Shown here: positions 54,859-64,000 of the stretch, piece by piece
Layout: each line of letters opens with the position of its first letter
Position numbering within the stretch: position 1 is the stretch's first letter
Source: an uncultured Acidobacteriota bacterium
GTDB taxonomy: Bacteria > Acidobacteriota > Blastocatellia > RBC074
Assembly: GCA_963796275.1 (NCBI GenBank)
Contig: CAWCKY010000006.1
Span: 576,001 to 640,000 of the forward strand
Length of the DNA stretch: 64,000 bases
Direction: 5' to 3'
Position numbers and translations under genes: made by a program
Notes under the pieces: model-generated
What the model was told of the DNA's origin: nothing
Database searches by the model: none
What the model saw: only the letters and a program-made list of their open reading frames with translations

Positions 54859-55254
54859 ATGGACAAAGTCACATTGACGATCGTGTTGACTGCTGGACTG
54901 GTACTTGTCCTCAGTGTCCTAGGGTACACGTGGAAGTATCATTTCGTGCTTTTCAAATACCTGCTCGTCGGCGTCATTTTTTGCGCAGCTTTAACGGCCA
55001 TTCTTATCTACCGTCTGCAGCCGGTCGAGCCGAAGCGCGATCCGGCCAGGGGAAAGCACGCCTATATGAAATTGACGGGTGAATATCTGGGAGTGGTCGA
55101 AGGCTCGGGCAGAGATAGGCAGCGTGGTGAGGTCTGGTTCGTGCGGCCGCCCGGAGGCTATCCGCTGATGTACGGGAAATCGCGCGTGACGCTGAGGGAT
55201 GTGAGAGATAGCGAGAAGGAAGAGGAAGCCGAGTCAAGCCCGAGCCCTAAATAA
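54859..55254 (+). CDS. Hypothetical membrane protein
   Basis: Two N-terminal TM segments then a charged domain; start uncertain. Confidence 0.6.
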   Translation: MDKVTLTIVLTAGLVLVLSVLGYTWKYHFVLFKYLLVGVIFCAALTAILIYRLQPVEPKRDPARGKHAYMKLTGEYLGVVEGSGRDRQRGEVWFVRPPGGYPLMYGKSRVTLRDVRDSEKEEEAESSPSPK

Positions 55255-55423
55255 TCTTTGCCATTTTCACCCCCGGATGGACCTCAGCCGGTGATAGATC
55301 CGGCCTTCTAATCTTCTCGGGATATATCGCGTGACAGCGAACGCGGTCAGCCGAATTAGTTTCGCAAAATGACCGCACGGCAGAGGTTTACTAAGACCGC
55401 CTGATCATTTACGATTAATATTT

Positions 55424-56209
55424 ATGCCGCTTCATGAAACCGAGGCCTTCGTGCTTCGTACGTTTACGCTCAAAGAAGCAGACAAGGTCTGCGTGTTCTT
55501 CACACGTGAAGCGGGGAAGTTGCGCGGTGTGGCTCATGGGGCGCGTCGTTTACGTAGCCGATATGGGGCCAGCCTCGAACCGTTCACGGAAGTTGCCCTC
55601 GTCTATTATCAGAAAGAGAACAAGGAGCTCGTATCGGTCTCGAGTTGCGAGATCATCCGCTCGCAGTTCCATGAAGGTATAAGCAGCGAGTTGCTGGGCG
55701 TCATGCATTACTTCGCTGAACTGGTGATGGAGTTCGTCCCCGATCACGAACCGAACGAACGAGTTTACAAATTGATTGCGGCGATACTCAAGGCTTCACG
55801 CAGCGCGGCGAAACCGCAGCTGCCGCCGCTGGTTCGATATTTTGAAATCTGGATGCTCAAGCTGGCGGGGGTTTTCCCCGATTGGAAACGCTGCTCTGCC
55901 TGCGAGCGGGAGTTCAGTCGAGAGCCATCAGTCTGGCTGACGAACGAAGGCGCCCCGCAGTGCGCCGGGTGCAGCGAAGGTTTCGGGGATGAGGTTCGCT
56001 GGATCGAATGGAGAACTATCTACGACATACTGAGATATTCGCCGGCGGATTTTTTATCGTCACCTCGTGATGGGCGCGTGGTCGGGAACATCGGCGGACT
56101 TGCTACGCGGCTGATCACCCGCGCTCTTGAACGGGAATTGAAATCATACGATGTATTAGACCGGTTGAAGCCGGCCTTGATTTCACCGGATTCAGCAAAA
56201 TCAGAATGA
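55424..56209 (+). CDS. recO: DNA repair protein RecO
   Basis: EAFVLR..EADK..FT.E.GKL.GVA.GAR, LEPF and two CxxC zinc pairs. Confidence 0.93.
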   Translation: MPLHETEAFVLRTFTLKEADKVCVFFTREAGKLRGVAHGARRLRSRYGASLEPFTEVALVYYQKENKELVSVSSCEIIRSQFHEGISSELLGVMHYFAELVMEFVPDHEPNERVYKLIAAILKASRSAAKPQLPPLVRYFEIWMLKLAGVFPDWKRCSACEREFSREPSVWLTNEGAPQCAGCSEGFGDEVRWIEWRTIYDILRYSPADFLSSPRDGRVVGNIGGLATRLITRALERELKSYDVLDRLKPALISPDSAKSE

Positions 56210-56291
56210 GGTTGCTGAATCCGGTGAAATCAAACGAAAACAAATGTGCATAAAATTGGGATAAATTCGAGTAAGGAGCAATGTATAGCAA

Positions 56292-59072
56292 ATGAATAAT
56301 AAGTTCGTTTATCTTTTCGCCGATAGCAAAGCCGAGGGTACGGGAAAGATGAAAGACCTCCTCGGCGGCAAAGGGGCTGGGCTGGCCGAAATGACCAATG
56401 CGGGTTTGCCCGTTCCGCCGGGCTTCACCATCACGACCGAAGCCTGCACCGCATACTACGCAACGGGAGAGACATTTCCTGACGGTTTGTGGGAGGAGGC
56501 GCTGGCAGCGCTGCAGCGGATCGAGGAATCGACCGGCAAGAAATTCGGGGGCACGGAAAATCCGCTGCTCGTCTCCGTCCGTTCCGGCGCGAAATTCTCC
56601 ATGCCGGGAATGATGGATACCGTCCTCAACCTCGGGCTCAACGAAGAGACGCGGGCCGCCCTGGCGCGACTCACCGGAAACGAACGTTTCTCTTATGACG
56701 CTTATCGGCGATTCATTCAATTATTCAGTAAGATCGTTATGGGCGTCGATGCCGAGAAATTCGAGCATAAGTTCGATGAATACAAACAGAAACTCGGGGT
56801 AACCGAGGACACGCAGGTCGGCGCCGAAACCCTCGTGCAATTGATCGAAGATTATCAAGCGATCGTCAAAAAAGAGACGGGTAAGGCATTCCCGACTGAT
56901 CCGCGGACGCAGCTCGAACTGGCCGTCAAAGCCGTTTTCGCTTCGTGGAACGGCAAGCGCGCGAAAGACTATCGCAGAGTACACAAGATCGACGATAACC
57001 TCGGCACCGCCGTCAACGTCATGACCATGGTCTTCGGAAATATGGGTGAAGACTCGGGAACGGGCGTCGCCTTCACCCGGGACGTTGCGACAGGCGAAAG
57101 AGTGATCTATGGGGAATATCTCGAGAACGCACAGGGAGAGGATGTGGTTGCGGGCATTCGGACGCCGAAAAAGATCGCGCAGCTCCAGAAAGAGATGCCG
57201 GTAATTTACGAGCAGTTCAGCCAGGTCGCCGACCGTCTGGAGAAACACTACAATGACGTCCAGGACCTGGAGTTCACAATCGAGCGGGGCAAGCTTTGGA
57301 TGCTGCAGACGCGCAACGCCAAGCGAACCGGATCAGCCGCAGTCCGCATCGCTGTCGAAATGGTCGAAGAAGGCCTGATCGACAAAGCGACCGCGGTGCA
57401 GCGCGTCGAGCCCGCGCAGCTCGATCAATTGCTGCATCCGATGATCGATCCCAAATTACCGGTCGAGGTTCTTGCAGTAGGGCTGCCGGCATCGCCCGGC
57501 GCGGCATCGGGGAAGGTCGTTTTCGATCCCGACAGCGCGGAAGAGATGGGGAAGAACGGTGAGAAGGTAATCCTCGTACGAACTGAGACTTCGCCCGAAG
57601 ATTTCCACGGCATGGTAGCGGCGCAGGCGATCCTGACTTCGCGTGGAGGGATGACGTCCCATGCGGCCGTGGTAGCTCGCGGTATGGGCAAATGCTGCGT
57701 CGCCGGATGCGGCGATGTAGTGGTCGATTACGGGAACCAGCAGTTTACCGCCGGAGGGCTTACCGTCAAGAAGGGAGATTGGATCACGCTCGATGGCTCT
57801 ACCGGTCGAGTCATCATCGGCCAGGTGCCGCTGATCGAGCCTGAAATCAGCGTGCCGTTCAAGAAATTGATGGAATGGGTCAACGAATTCCGCAAGCTCG
57901 GGGTGCGGGCTAACGCCGACACGCCGAACGATGCGACGGTCGCGCGCGGGTTCGGGGCAGAAGGTATCGGGCTTTGCCGAACCGAGCATATGTTCTTCGA
58001 AGGAGACCGGATCGACAGCGTACGCCAGATGATCCTTTCGTCGGGCGACTACAAAGCGCTCGAGGGCCAGCTCAATAATGCGCGCGCCGATTTGGAGAAA
58101 GCTTCGAAGGATAAGAAACCGGCGGCCAAGAAGCGCCTCAAGGATATTGAAAAGAAGATCACGCGTCCGAGCGAACTCTATCTCGGTGCGCTGGCCTCGC
58201 TGCTCGAGCTTCAACGCGAGGATTTCGCCGGCATCTTCCGCGCGATGAACGGCTATCCGGTGACGATCCGCACGCTCGATCCGCCGCTGCACGAGTTTGT
58301 CCCGCACGATGACAAAACGCTCAAGGATTTGGCGCAGAAGATCAAGATGCCGTTCAAAGATGCCAAGGCCCGCGTTGCGCAGCTGCACGAGTTCAACCCG
58401 ATGCTCGGCCACCGCGGTTGCCGTCTCGGTATCGTCTATCCGGAGATAACCGAGATGCAGGCGCGCGCGATTTTTGAAGCGGCGGTGCTGGTCAAACGCG
58501 AAGGCGTAGTCGTCAAACCGGAGATCATGATCCCACTCGTCGCCAATGTGAATGAACTGAAACTGCAGGCCGACGTCGTCCGCCGCGTGGCCGAAGAGGT
58601 CTTCGAGCGCGAGAATGAGCGGGTGGAATACCTGGTCGGGACGATGATCGAGTTGCCGCGCGCGGCGTTGACCGCCAATCGGATCGCCGAAGTGGCGGAG
58701 TTCTTCAGCTTCGGAACGAACGATCTTACTCAAACGGCCATGGGGTTGAGCCGTGACGATGCGGGGCGCTTCCTGCCGTTTTATGTCGAGAAGAAGATAT
58801 TTCCCGACGACCCATTCCAGACCCTCGATCAGGAGGGCGTCGGCCAATTGCTCGATATGGGAGTCAAGCGCGGGCGTGGGACGCGGCCCGATCTGAAGAT
58901 CGGTATCTGCGGTGAGCACGGAGGAGACCCGGAATCCGTGATCTTCTGTCACAAGACGGGGTTGAACTACGTGAGCTGCTCGCCCTACCGCGTGCCGATC
59001 GCGCTGCTCGCTGCGGCACATGCGGCGCTGGCCGATCAGACCGGTGCCGTCACTGTCGCGACGACGGCGTAA
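56292..59072 (+). CDS. ppdK: Pyruvate, phosphate dikinase
   Basis: LLGGKGA.LAEM, GGMTSHAAVVARG, GLCRTEHMFF and ICGEHGG motifs. Confidence 0.98.
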   Translation: MNNKFVYLFADSKAEGTGKMKDLLGGKGAGLAEMTNAGLPVPPGFTITTEACTAYYATGETFPDGLWEEALAALQRIEESTGKKFGGTENPLLVSVRSGAKFSMPGMMDTVLNLGLNEETRAALARLTGNERFSYDAYRRFIQLFSKIVMGVDAEKFEHKFDEYKQKLGVTEDTQVGAETLVQLIEDYQAIVKKETGKAFPTDPRTQLELAVKAVFASWNGKRAKDYRRVHKIDDNLGTAVNVMTMVFGNMGEDSGTGVAFTRDVATGERVIYGEYLENAQGEDVVAGIRTPKKIAQLQKEMPVIYEQFSQVADRLEKHYNDVQDLEFTIERGKLWMLQTRNAKRTGSAAVRIAVEMVEEGLIDKATAVQRVEPAQLDQLLHPMIDPKLPVEVLAVGLPASPGAASGKVVFDPDSAEEMGKNGEKVILVRTETSPEDFHGMVAAQAILTSRGGMTSHAAVVARGMGKCCVAGCGDVVVDYGNQQFTAGGLTVKKGDWITLDGSTGRVIIGQVPLIEPEISVPFKKLMEWVNEFRKLGVRANADTPNDATVARGFGAEGIGLCRTEHMFFEGDRIDSVRQMILSSGDYKALEGQLNNARADLEKASKDKKPAAKKRLKDIEKKITRPSELYLGALASLLELQREDFAGIFRAMNGYPVTIRTLDPPLHEFVPHDDKTLKDLAQKIKMPFKDAKARVAQLHEFNPMLGHRGCRLGIVYPEITEMQARAIFEAAVLVKREGVVVKPEIMIPLVANVNELKLQADVVRRVAEEVFERENERVEYLVGTMIELPRAALTANRIAEVAEFFSFGTNDLTQTAMGLSRDDAGRFLPFYVEKKIFPDDPFQTLDQEGVGQLLDMGVKRGRGTRPDLKIGICGEHGGDPESVIFCHKTGLNYVSCSPYRVPIALLAAAHAALADQTGAVTVATTA

Positions 59073-59214
59073 TGCCATTGCGGATTACCAGATGTTCTTG
59101 AGATCATGTCCCGGGATAGATAATTGTAACCTTGAAGAGGCGAGAGATATAGCATTGTCATAATCCATATCTTCGCCTGGAAGACCCATACTCTCCGTCG
59201 CATAACGACGGCGT

Positions 59215-59344
59215 CCTGAAGGCGGAACTCCGAAAATGTTCCGCGTTTGGGTTCGGGATTAGGGCCTCGTGTTTGGAGTTCCGCGTTTATGCGGTCTTCA
59301 TCTTTTCGATGATATTCTGACCGCCTGAAGACGGAACTCCGAAC
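59215..59344. repeat. Second REP-like family, three copies (one inverted pair)
   Basis: cctgaaggcggaactccgaa (59215), tttggagttccgcgtttatgcggtc (59272), gaccgcctgaagacggaactccgaac (59319). Confidence 0.7.
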
Positions 59345-59377
59345 CTTAGGCCTCGCTTCCTTTTCAGAAGCGTTGAG

Positions 59378-60100
59378 TTGAAAGTTAAAATGGCGATCGC
59401 CAAGAGAACAATAGAAAATACAAGGCCTGAGGATCAACTGGTAATTCGCCAGCCGCGATCTGCGATCAAAATTCTGGCGATTGCCGGAACGTCTTCTAAT
59501 GTCGGAAAAACGTCATTGATTCATCGGTTGTTGCAGGAACTGTCGCGCGCTGAACGATGGGAGGCTATCAAACTCACGCGCGGCCATTATCGTTCTTGCG
59601 GCAAGGACCCGCACGCATGTTGCGTAAGCCATCTGTTGAGTGAGGAGCCCGTCGTTCGTTCGGGGCGCGAGGCGACCTATGCATTGGGGAAGGACACGGG
59701 AATATTTTGGGATGCGGGGGCGGACAATGTTCATTGGGTAATCGTGACGAACGATCAAGTGGGTCAGGGAGTAGAACAGGCGCTCGACCGAGTCAGGTCC
59801 GACAACGTTTTGATTGAAGGGACCAGCTTCCTGAAATACATCAAAGCCGATCTCGCCATACTCGTCGCGCGCGCCGATCAGCTGCAGCTGAAACCATCGG
59901 CCAGACAGGCATTATTGAATGGCTTGATAGATGCGATCTATTTATCGGGAGATGGTGATAGCCAGATATTGAGGGAACAGTTCAGCTCGTCGATAAATGT
60001 GGGTAGCAAATCGGCCGCGATTGCCAGTTCGCTCGCAAATCTTCCGATCTATACGGAACAGGAGTTTCCGCGATTGGTCGAGCTAATTGGTAGGATATAG
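59378..60100 (+). CDS. P-loop NTPase (MobB-like) of unknown function
   Basis: AIAGTSSNVGKT Walker A, GKDT..F..AGA and LIEG; start uncertain. Confidence 0.7.
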   Translation: MKVKMAIAKRTIENTRPEDQLVIRQPRSAIKILAIAGTSSNVGKTSLIHRLLQELSRAERWEAIKLTRGHYRSCGKDPHACCVSHLLSEEPVVRSGREATYALGKDTGIFWDAGADNVHWVIVTNDQVGQGVEQALDRVRSDNVLIEGTSFLKYIKADLAILVARADQLQLKPSARQALLNGLIDAIYLSGDGDSQILREQFSSSINVGSKSAAIASSLANLPIYTEQEFPRLVELIGRI

Positions 60101-60478
60101 TTTCAGATACTTCATGATCATCTCCTTCAAGTGATCGAATTCTATCGGCTTGCTGATGTAATCGGTGCTGCCGGAAGCCTGGGCTTCATCACGAGTCTCC
60201 GGATTGTCGTAGGCTGAGACGATAATGATCGGCAGTTGTCCCAGACCCGCGTCGGCGCGGAGACTGCGAGTCGCCTGTAAGCCGTCGATGATCGGTAACG
60301 AAATGTCCATGAGTACAAGGTCCGGCTTCTCTCTCCGCACAATTTCAATCGCCTGCTCTCCGTCACAAGCTTCCAGAGGATCAAAACCTGCAAGTTTTAA
60401 CATGAGTTTCAGTGCGATGCGGTTCTCATCGAGGTCTTCAGCGATCAAAATTCGAGGTAGTTTTGCCGACATGGTCAT
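60083..60478 (-). CDS. Single-domain response regulator (DivK/CheY-like)
   Basis: ILIAED, DLVLMDISLP.IDG and ISKP motifs. Confidence 0.93.
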   Translation of the reverse strand: MTMSAKLPRILIAEDLDENRIALKLMLKLAGFDPLEACDGEQAIEIVRREKPDLVLMDISLPIIDGLQATRSLRADAGLGQLPIIIVSAYDNPETRDEAQASGSTDYISKPIEFDHLKEMIMKYLKLYPTN

Positions 60479-60814
60479 TCCCTATGAAGAGGAAAGCATT
60501 CTAACAGCCGGTTGGACTGAGGGACAAGCATCGGTTAGATAGTTTTCTGTTTCCCGCGATTATTGATGTAGGACCGGGTAGACAGGCTCCTCAAGAATTT
60601 TGGAGAACCATATTGGAATATTGTTAATTGAGATTGATAATGCTTTTTGTTAGCATACGTGCAGTCTTGGACTAGATGGAAACAACCAATCTCCGGCTGT
60701 TCGCTGAGGCAGGAACACAGGCAACAAGACGGCTTGAGGCAAGACGGCTTGAGGACTGTGAGTGAAGGCGATCCGATCATCTCCCTCCCCAACACCCCGC
60801 GCGTATACCAAGCG

Positions 60815-61789
60815 ATGAAGATTGAGAGGGTTACGATGTTGATACTATGCCGAACCGATGGCAGGATTATTGCCATCAACCAGACCATTATATCTTTCGC
60901 GGAATTCCATGAGTCCAATGGGGTCGCGACGATAGCCGATCTGGCGCTCGGATTTGCGTGCGGCGATTTACCGATCAGGTTCGCAACCTTCATAGAATCG
61001 GGGAAAACCACGGACAGCTTCCCGCTCAGGTGCAGAGGCAGTATTTTTCTGGCGACTATGCAGATTCTCAATGAGGTGAGCCAAGACCGTCTGATACTTC
61101 TCGAGTTGAAGCAGCGAGAGGTCGACAGTGAACAGGCGCGCCTGTTCGAAGCCGGCCGCTTGACATCCCGCCTGATCCACGATCTGAAGAATCAGATGGG
61201 AGGATTGAAACTTTATGCGGCTTATCTGAAGAAGCGTTTCGCCGATCAGCCGGAAGGCTTGGAGATAGCCGATAAGATCGTTGAAGGATTGAATACGATG
61301 GCCGAGCAGGCGTCGCTCGTGAGCAGGTTGACGCGCCCGCTCGAGATAAAACGGGAACCCGGCGATCCGTCAATGGTTCTCGATAATGTCATCAACGATC
61401 AAAAGTTGCGTGCCGAAGCGCGCAACGTAAGGATCGAGACTAAAATCGAAACTGACCTGCCGCCCGCTTCGCTCGATGCGCAGCAGCTACGTGCCGCCTT
61501 CGGATCGATCATCACACGCGCGATTGAATCGTCGCCTGAGGGCGGTCTTGTTAGTATTGAGATGCAAGCGAAACCCGGCGAAATGCAGATCGAGGTCAGC
61601 GATCAGGGTGAGATGCTCAGCGGAGAACAGAGGGGGGCTCTATTCGATCTTCTCGCGGCCGATCGTATCAGCAAAAGCTCGCTCGACCTGGCGCTGGCGC
61701 GAAGGGTCATCGAATATCATGGCGGAGAGATTATGGCGCTTGCCGCGTCTACAGATGGTACGGTTGTGCGGGTGATATTACCCATTTGA
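60815..61789 (+). CDS. Histidine kinase-like protein with intact H-box and degenerate ATP-binding domain
   Basis: LIHDLKNQ H-box; N-box reads SIITRAIES, G1 reads DQGEM, G2 reads KSSLDLA; start uncertain. Confidence 0.8.
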   Translation: MKIERVTMLILCRTDGRIIAINQTIISFAEFHESNGVATIADLALGFACGDLPIRFATFIESGKTTDSFPLRCRGSIFLATMQILNEVSQDRLILLELKQREVDSEQARLFEAGRLTSRLIHDLKNQMGGLKLYAAYLKKRFADQPEGLEIADKIVEGLNTMAEQASLVSRLTRPLEIKREPGDPSMVLDNVINDQKLRAEARNVRIETKIETDLPPASLDAQQLRAAFGSIITRAIESSPEGGLVSIEMQAKPGEMQIEVSDQGEMLSGEQRGALFDLLAADRISKSSLDLALARRVIEYHGGEIMALAASTDGTVVRVILPI

Positions 61790-61901
61790 TTGCGGATTCG
61801 CGACGGGAATTGGGACGGGCGACGGGGGACTGGCCGATGAATAATTCCCGAACGCCCGATTTCACGTCGCCGTTGCGACTCCACAATCCGGAGATGTACT
61901 T

Positions 61902-63305
61902 TTGAAGAGAGATGTAAAAATCCTGGTGGTTGATGATGAGCCTTCGATCACAGATGGCTTGCGGTACCTGCTTGGGGCGGAGGGATTTCATGTCGATACG
62001 GCATCCAACCTGAGCGCAGGTAGAGTGGCGGTCCAGGATCAGCCATATGACCTTGTGCTGACGGACCTTCAGTTACCCGACGATCATCACGGCGGGTTCT
62101 CTCTCCTGCGCGCGGTCAAGGCGTTCTCGCCGGAGACTGAAGTGATAGTGATCACCGGCCACGGTTCCGTCTCAGAAGCTGTCGAAGCGACAAAATCCGG
62201 GGCGTTCTTCTTCGTTGAAAAACCGTTTGAGCCGGAGCAGATATTATTGCTGGTTGAGAAGGCCCTCGAACGGCGGAAGCTGGTTAGCGAATCGCAGAAC
62301 CTGCGCAAACATTTCCAGCGTCGTGAATTCTCATACATTATCGGTGCTTCGAAATCGATGCAGATGATCTATGAGACGATCGAGAGCGTAGCCAAGAGCG
62401 ACGCCAACGTGCTGATCATCGGCGAATCGGGGACAGGTAAGGAGTTGATCGCGAACGCAATCCACTTCAATTCGCTGCGGGCTGATCGGGAATTCGTCAA
62501 GGTAAATTGTTCGGCTCTCCCGAAAGAGCTGATCGAGGCTGAACTGTTCGGCTATGTTAAGGGCGCGTTCACCGGAGCGATACAGAACCGTAACGGCCTC
62601 ATCGCGCAGGCGAAGGGCGGAAGCCTGTTGCTGGACGAGATCGGTGAAATGCCGATTGAGTTGCAGCCCAAGCTGCTGCGCGTGCTGGAAGAGCGGCGCT
62701 TCCGTCCGGTCGGCTCGACCGAGACCTTCGAGGCGGATTTCCGCCTGATCTGCGCCACCAACCGGGAACCGCGCGAAGCTATCAAGGAAGGATTGATGCG
62801 CGAGGACCTCTTCTATCGCGTCTCGACCATTACGATCAACGTACCGCCGCTGCGCGAACGGAGCGAGGACTTGCAGTTGTTGACCGATCATTTCTTCAAT
62901 ATGTTCACGGAGAAATATAACCGCCCGCTTCAGGGATTTTCGCAGTCAGCCTATCAGCGAGTCTTCACTCATCGCTGGCCCGGCAATGTCCGCGAATTGC
63001 AGAATGCGATCGAGCGCGCGGTGCTTCTGGCCAAGGGACCGCGCATCGAGCCTGAAGATTTGCCGTTCGGTGAACAGGCCGGAGAAGCCAGCAGCGATGC
63101 GTTCTATGTCCCACCCAATATGACGCTGGAAGAGATCGAACGCCTGGTGATCGCGCAAACATTGCAGCGCACGAGGGGGAATAAACAGGCGGCCGCGCAA
63201 ATCCTCGGAATCTACCGCCCGCGACTCTATAGTAAAATTCGTAAGTACAAAATCCAGGTGTCGCGCGAACCTCGCAAGCGAGCGAAGACAGCCTCCGAGC
63301 CGTGA
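61902..63305 (+). CDS. NtrC-family sigma54-dependent response regulator
   Basis: Receiver (VVDDE, LTD), GESGTGKE, GAFTGA, WPGNVREL and Fis HTH. Confidence 0.97.
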   Translation: MKRDVKILVVDDEPSITDGLRYLLGAEGFHVDTASNLSAGRVAVQDQPYDLVLTDLQLPDDHHGGFSLLRAVKAFSPETEVIVITGHGSVSEAVEATKSGAFFFVEKPFEPEQILLLVEKALERRKLVSESQNLRKHFQRREFSYIIGASKSMQMIYETIESVAKSDANVLIIGESGTGKELIANAIHFNSLRADREFVKVNCSALPKELIEAELFGYVKGAFTGAIQNRNGLIAQAKGGSLLLDEIGEMPIELQPKLLRVLEERRFRPVGSTETFEADFRLICATNREPREAIKEGLMREDLFYRVSTITINVPPLRERSEDLQLLTDHFFNMFTEKYNRPLQGFSQSAYQRVFTHRWPGNVRELQNAIERAVLLAKGPRIEPEDLPFGEQAGEASSDAFYVPPNMTLEEIERLVIAQTLQRTRGNKQAAAQILGIYRPRLYSKIRKYKIQVSREPRKRAKTASEP

Positions 63306-63869
63306 TCAATTTTCAGTCGTGGCTGCTCAGCCTCTTCGCCGCGTTAGCGGCGGTTGATTGTAGCCGTGGGTTTTAACCCACGGAGTACTGGTGATCGCGC
63401 AAACATTGCAGCGCACGAGAGGTAATAAACAGGCGGCCGCGCAAATCCTCGGAATCTACCGCCTGTGACTCTATAGTAAAATTCGAAAGTACAAAATCCA
63501 GGTGTCGCGCGAACCTCGCAAGCGAGCGAAGACAGCCTCCGAGCCGTGACCAATTTTCAGTCGTGGCTGCTCAGCTTCTTCGCCGCGAACGCGGCGGTTG
63601 ATTATAGCCGTGGGTTTTAACCCACGGAGTACTGGTGATCGCGCAAACATTGCAGCGCACGAGAGGTAATAAACAGGCGGCCGCGCAAATCCTCGGAATC
63701 TACCGCCTGTGACTCTATAGTAAAATTCGAAAGTACAAAATCCAGGTGTCGCGCGAACCTCGCAAGCGAGCGAAGACAGCCTCCGAGCCGTGACCAATTT
63801 TCAGTCGTGGCTGCTCAGCCTCTTCGCCGCGTTAGCGGCGGTTGATTGTAGCCGTGGGTTTTAACCCAC
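63144..63869. repeat. 244-bp tandem triplication (3' tail of NtrC-type gene + REP arm)
   Basis: Units start at 63144, 63388 and 63632; each ends in the REP arm seen at 273-328 (63328-63383, 63572-63627, 63816-63869). Confidence 0.95.
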
Positions 63870-64000
63870 TGGTATCTACACAAGTTTTTGCGTTTGGTTG
63901 CAAAGAGTTATCGCAATCAAACCTACCGAAGAATATGCTCTTTGAATGTTTCTCCTCAAACCTCCATTTGACCCCCGTTTGCAAAGACGGTATGAGAGGC

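Noticed and set aside
57456-59078. 540-aa antisense ORF
   Set aside because: Shadow frame of highly codon-biased ppdK; no recognisable motifs.
60725-60754. 15-bp direct repeat CAAGACGGCTTGAGG x2
   Set aside because: Only two copies; most simply a local duplication upstream of the likely start.
63344-63797. Repeated minus-strand ORFs MVTARRLSSLAC...
   Set aside because: Antisense readings of the duplicated gene tail.
63144-63869. CRISPR array
   Set aside because: The intervening sequences are near-identical copies of a host gene tail (about 190 bp), not unique spacers, and no cas genes are present.

Overview
A mostly housekeeping 64-kb bacterial chromosome window. Gene content and style suggest Acidobacteriota/Blastocatellia (inference). 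It carries the end of a glutamine-synthetase-like/SDR/aldehyde dehydrogenase cluster, two ECF sigma/zinc-anti-sigma pairs, ugd-uxs, degT, hemB, perR-ahpC-ahpD, a minus-strand galK-phoH-ybeY-corC-era / prmA-rsmE run, PBP1a, purC, groES-groEL, a cold-shock gene, cysS, aroA-aroK, an RsbW/RsbV-like pair, hslVU, gap, tRNA-Gly(CCC), recO, ppdK and a receiver / degenerate kinase / NtrC-type cluster. No prophage, transposase, CRISPR array or rRNA is visible. The main signals are non-coding or subtle. (1) Inverted arrays of 7-nt tandem repeats sit at many gene junctions, in several different sequence families. (2) A GTAG-type REP forms a perfect 56-bp inverted pair at 273-466 and bounds a 244-bp tandem triplication of a gene tail at 63144-63869. 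(3) A perfect CIRCE and a perfect HAIR both lie before groES. (4) An ECF / anti-sigma(TonB-C-like) / ExbD / TonB module has its TonB split at a prfB-like CTT-TGA site. (5) A ChpT-like pseudo-histidine kinase lies between a lone receiver and an NtrC-type activator. Three genes need a +1 frame correction, so single-base assembly errors are a real caveat.
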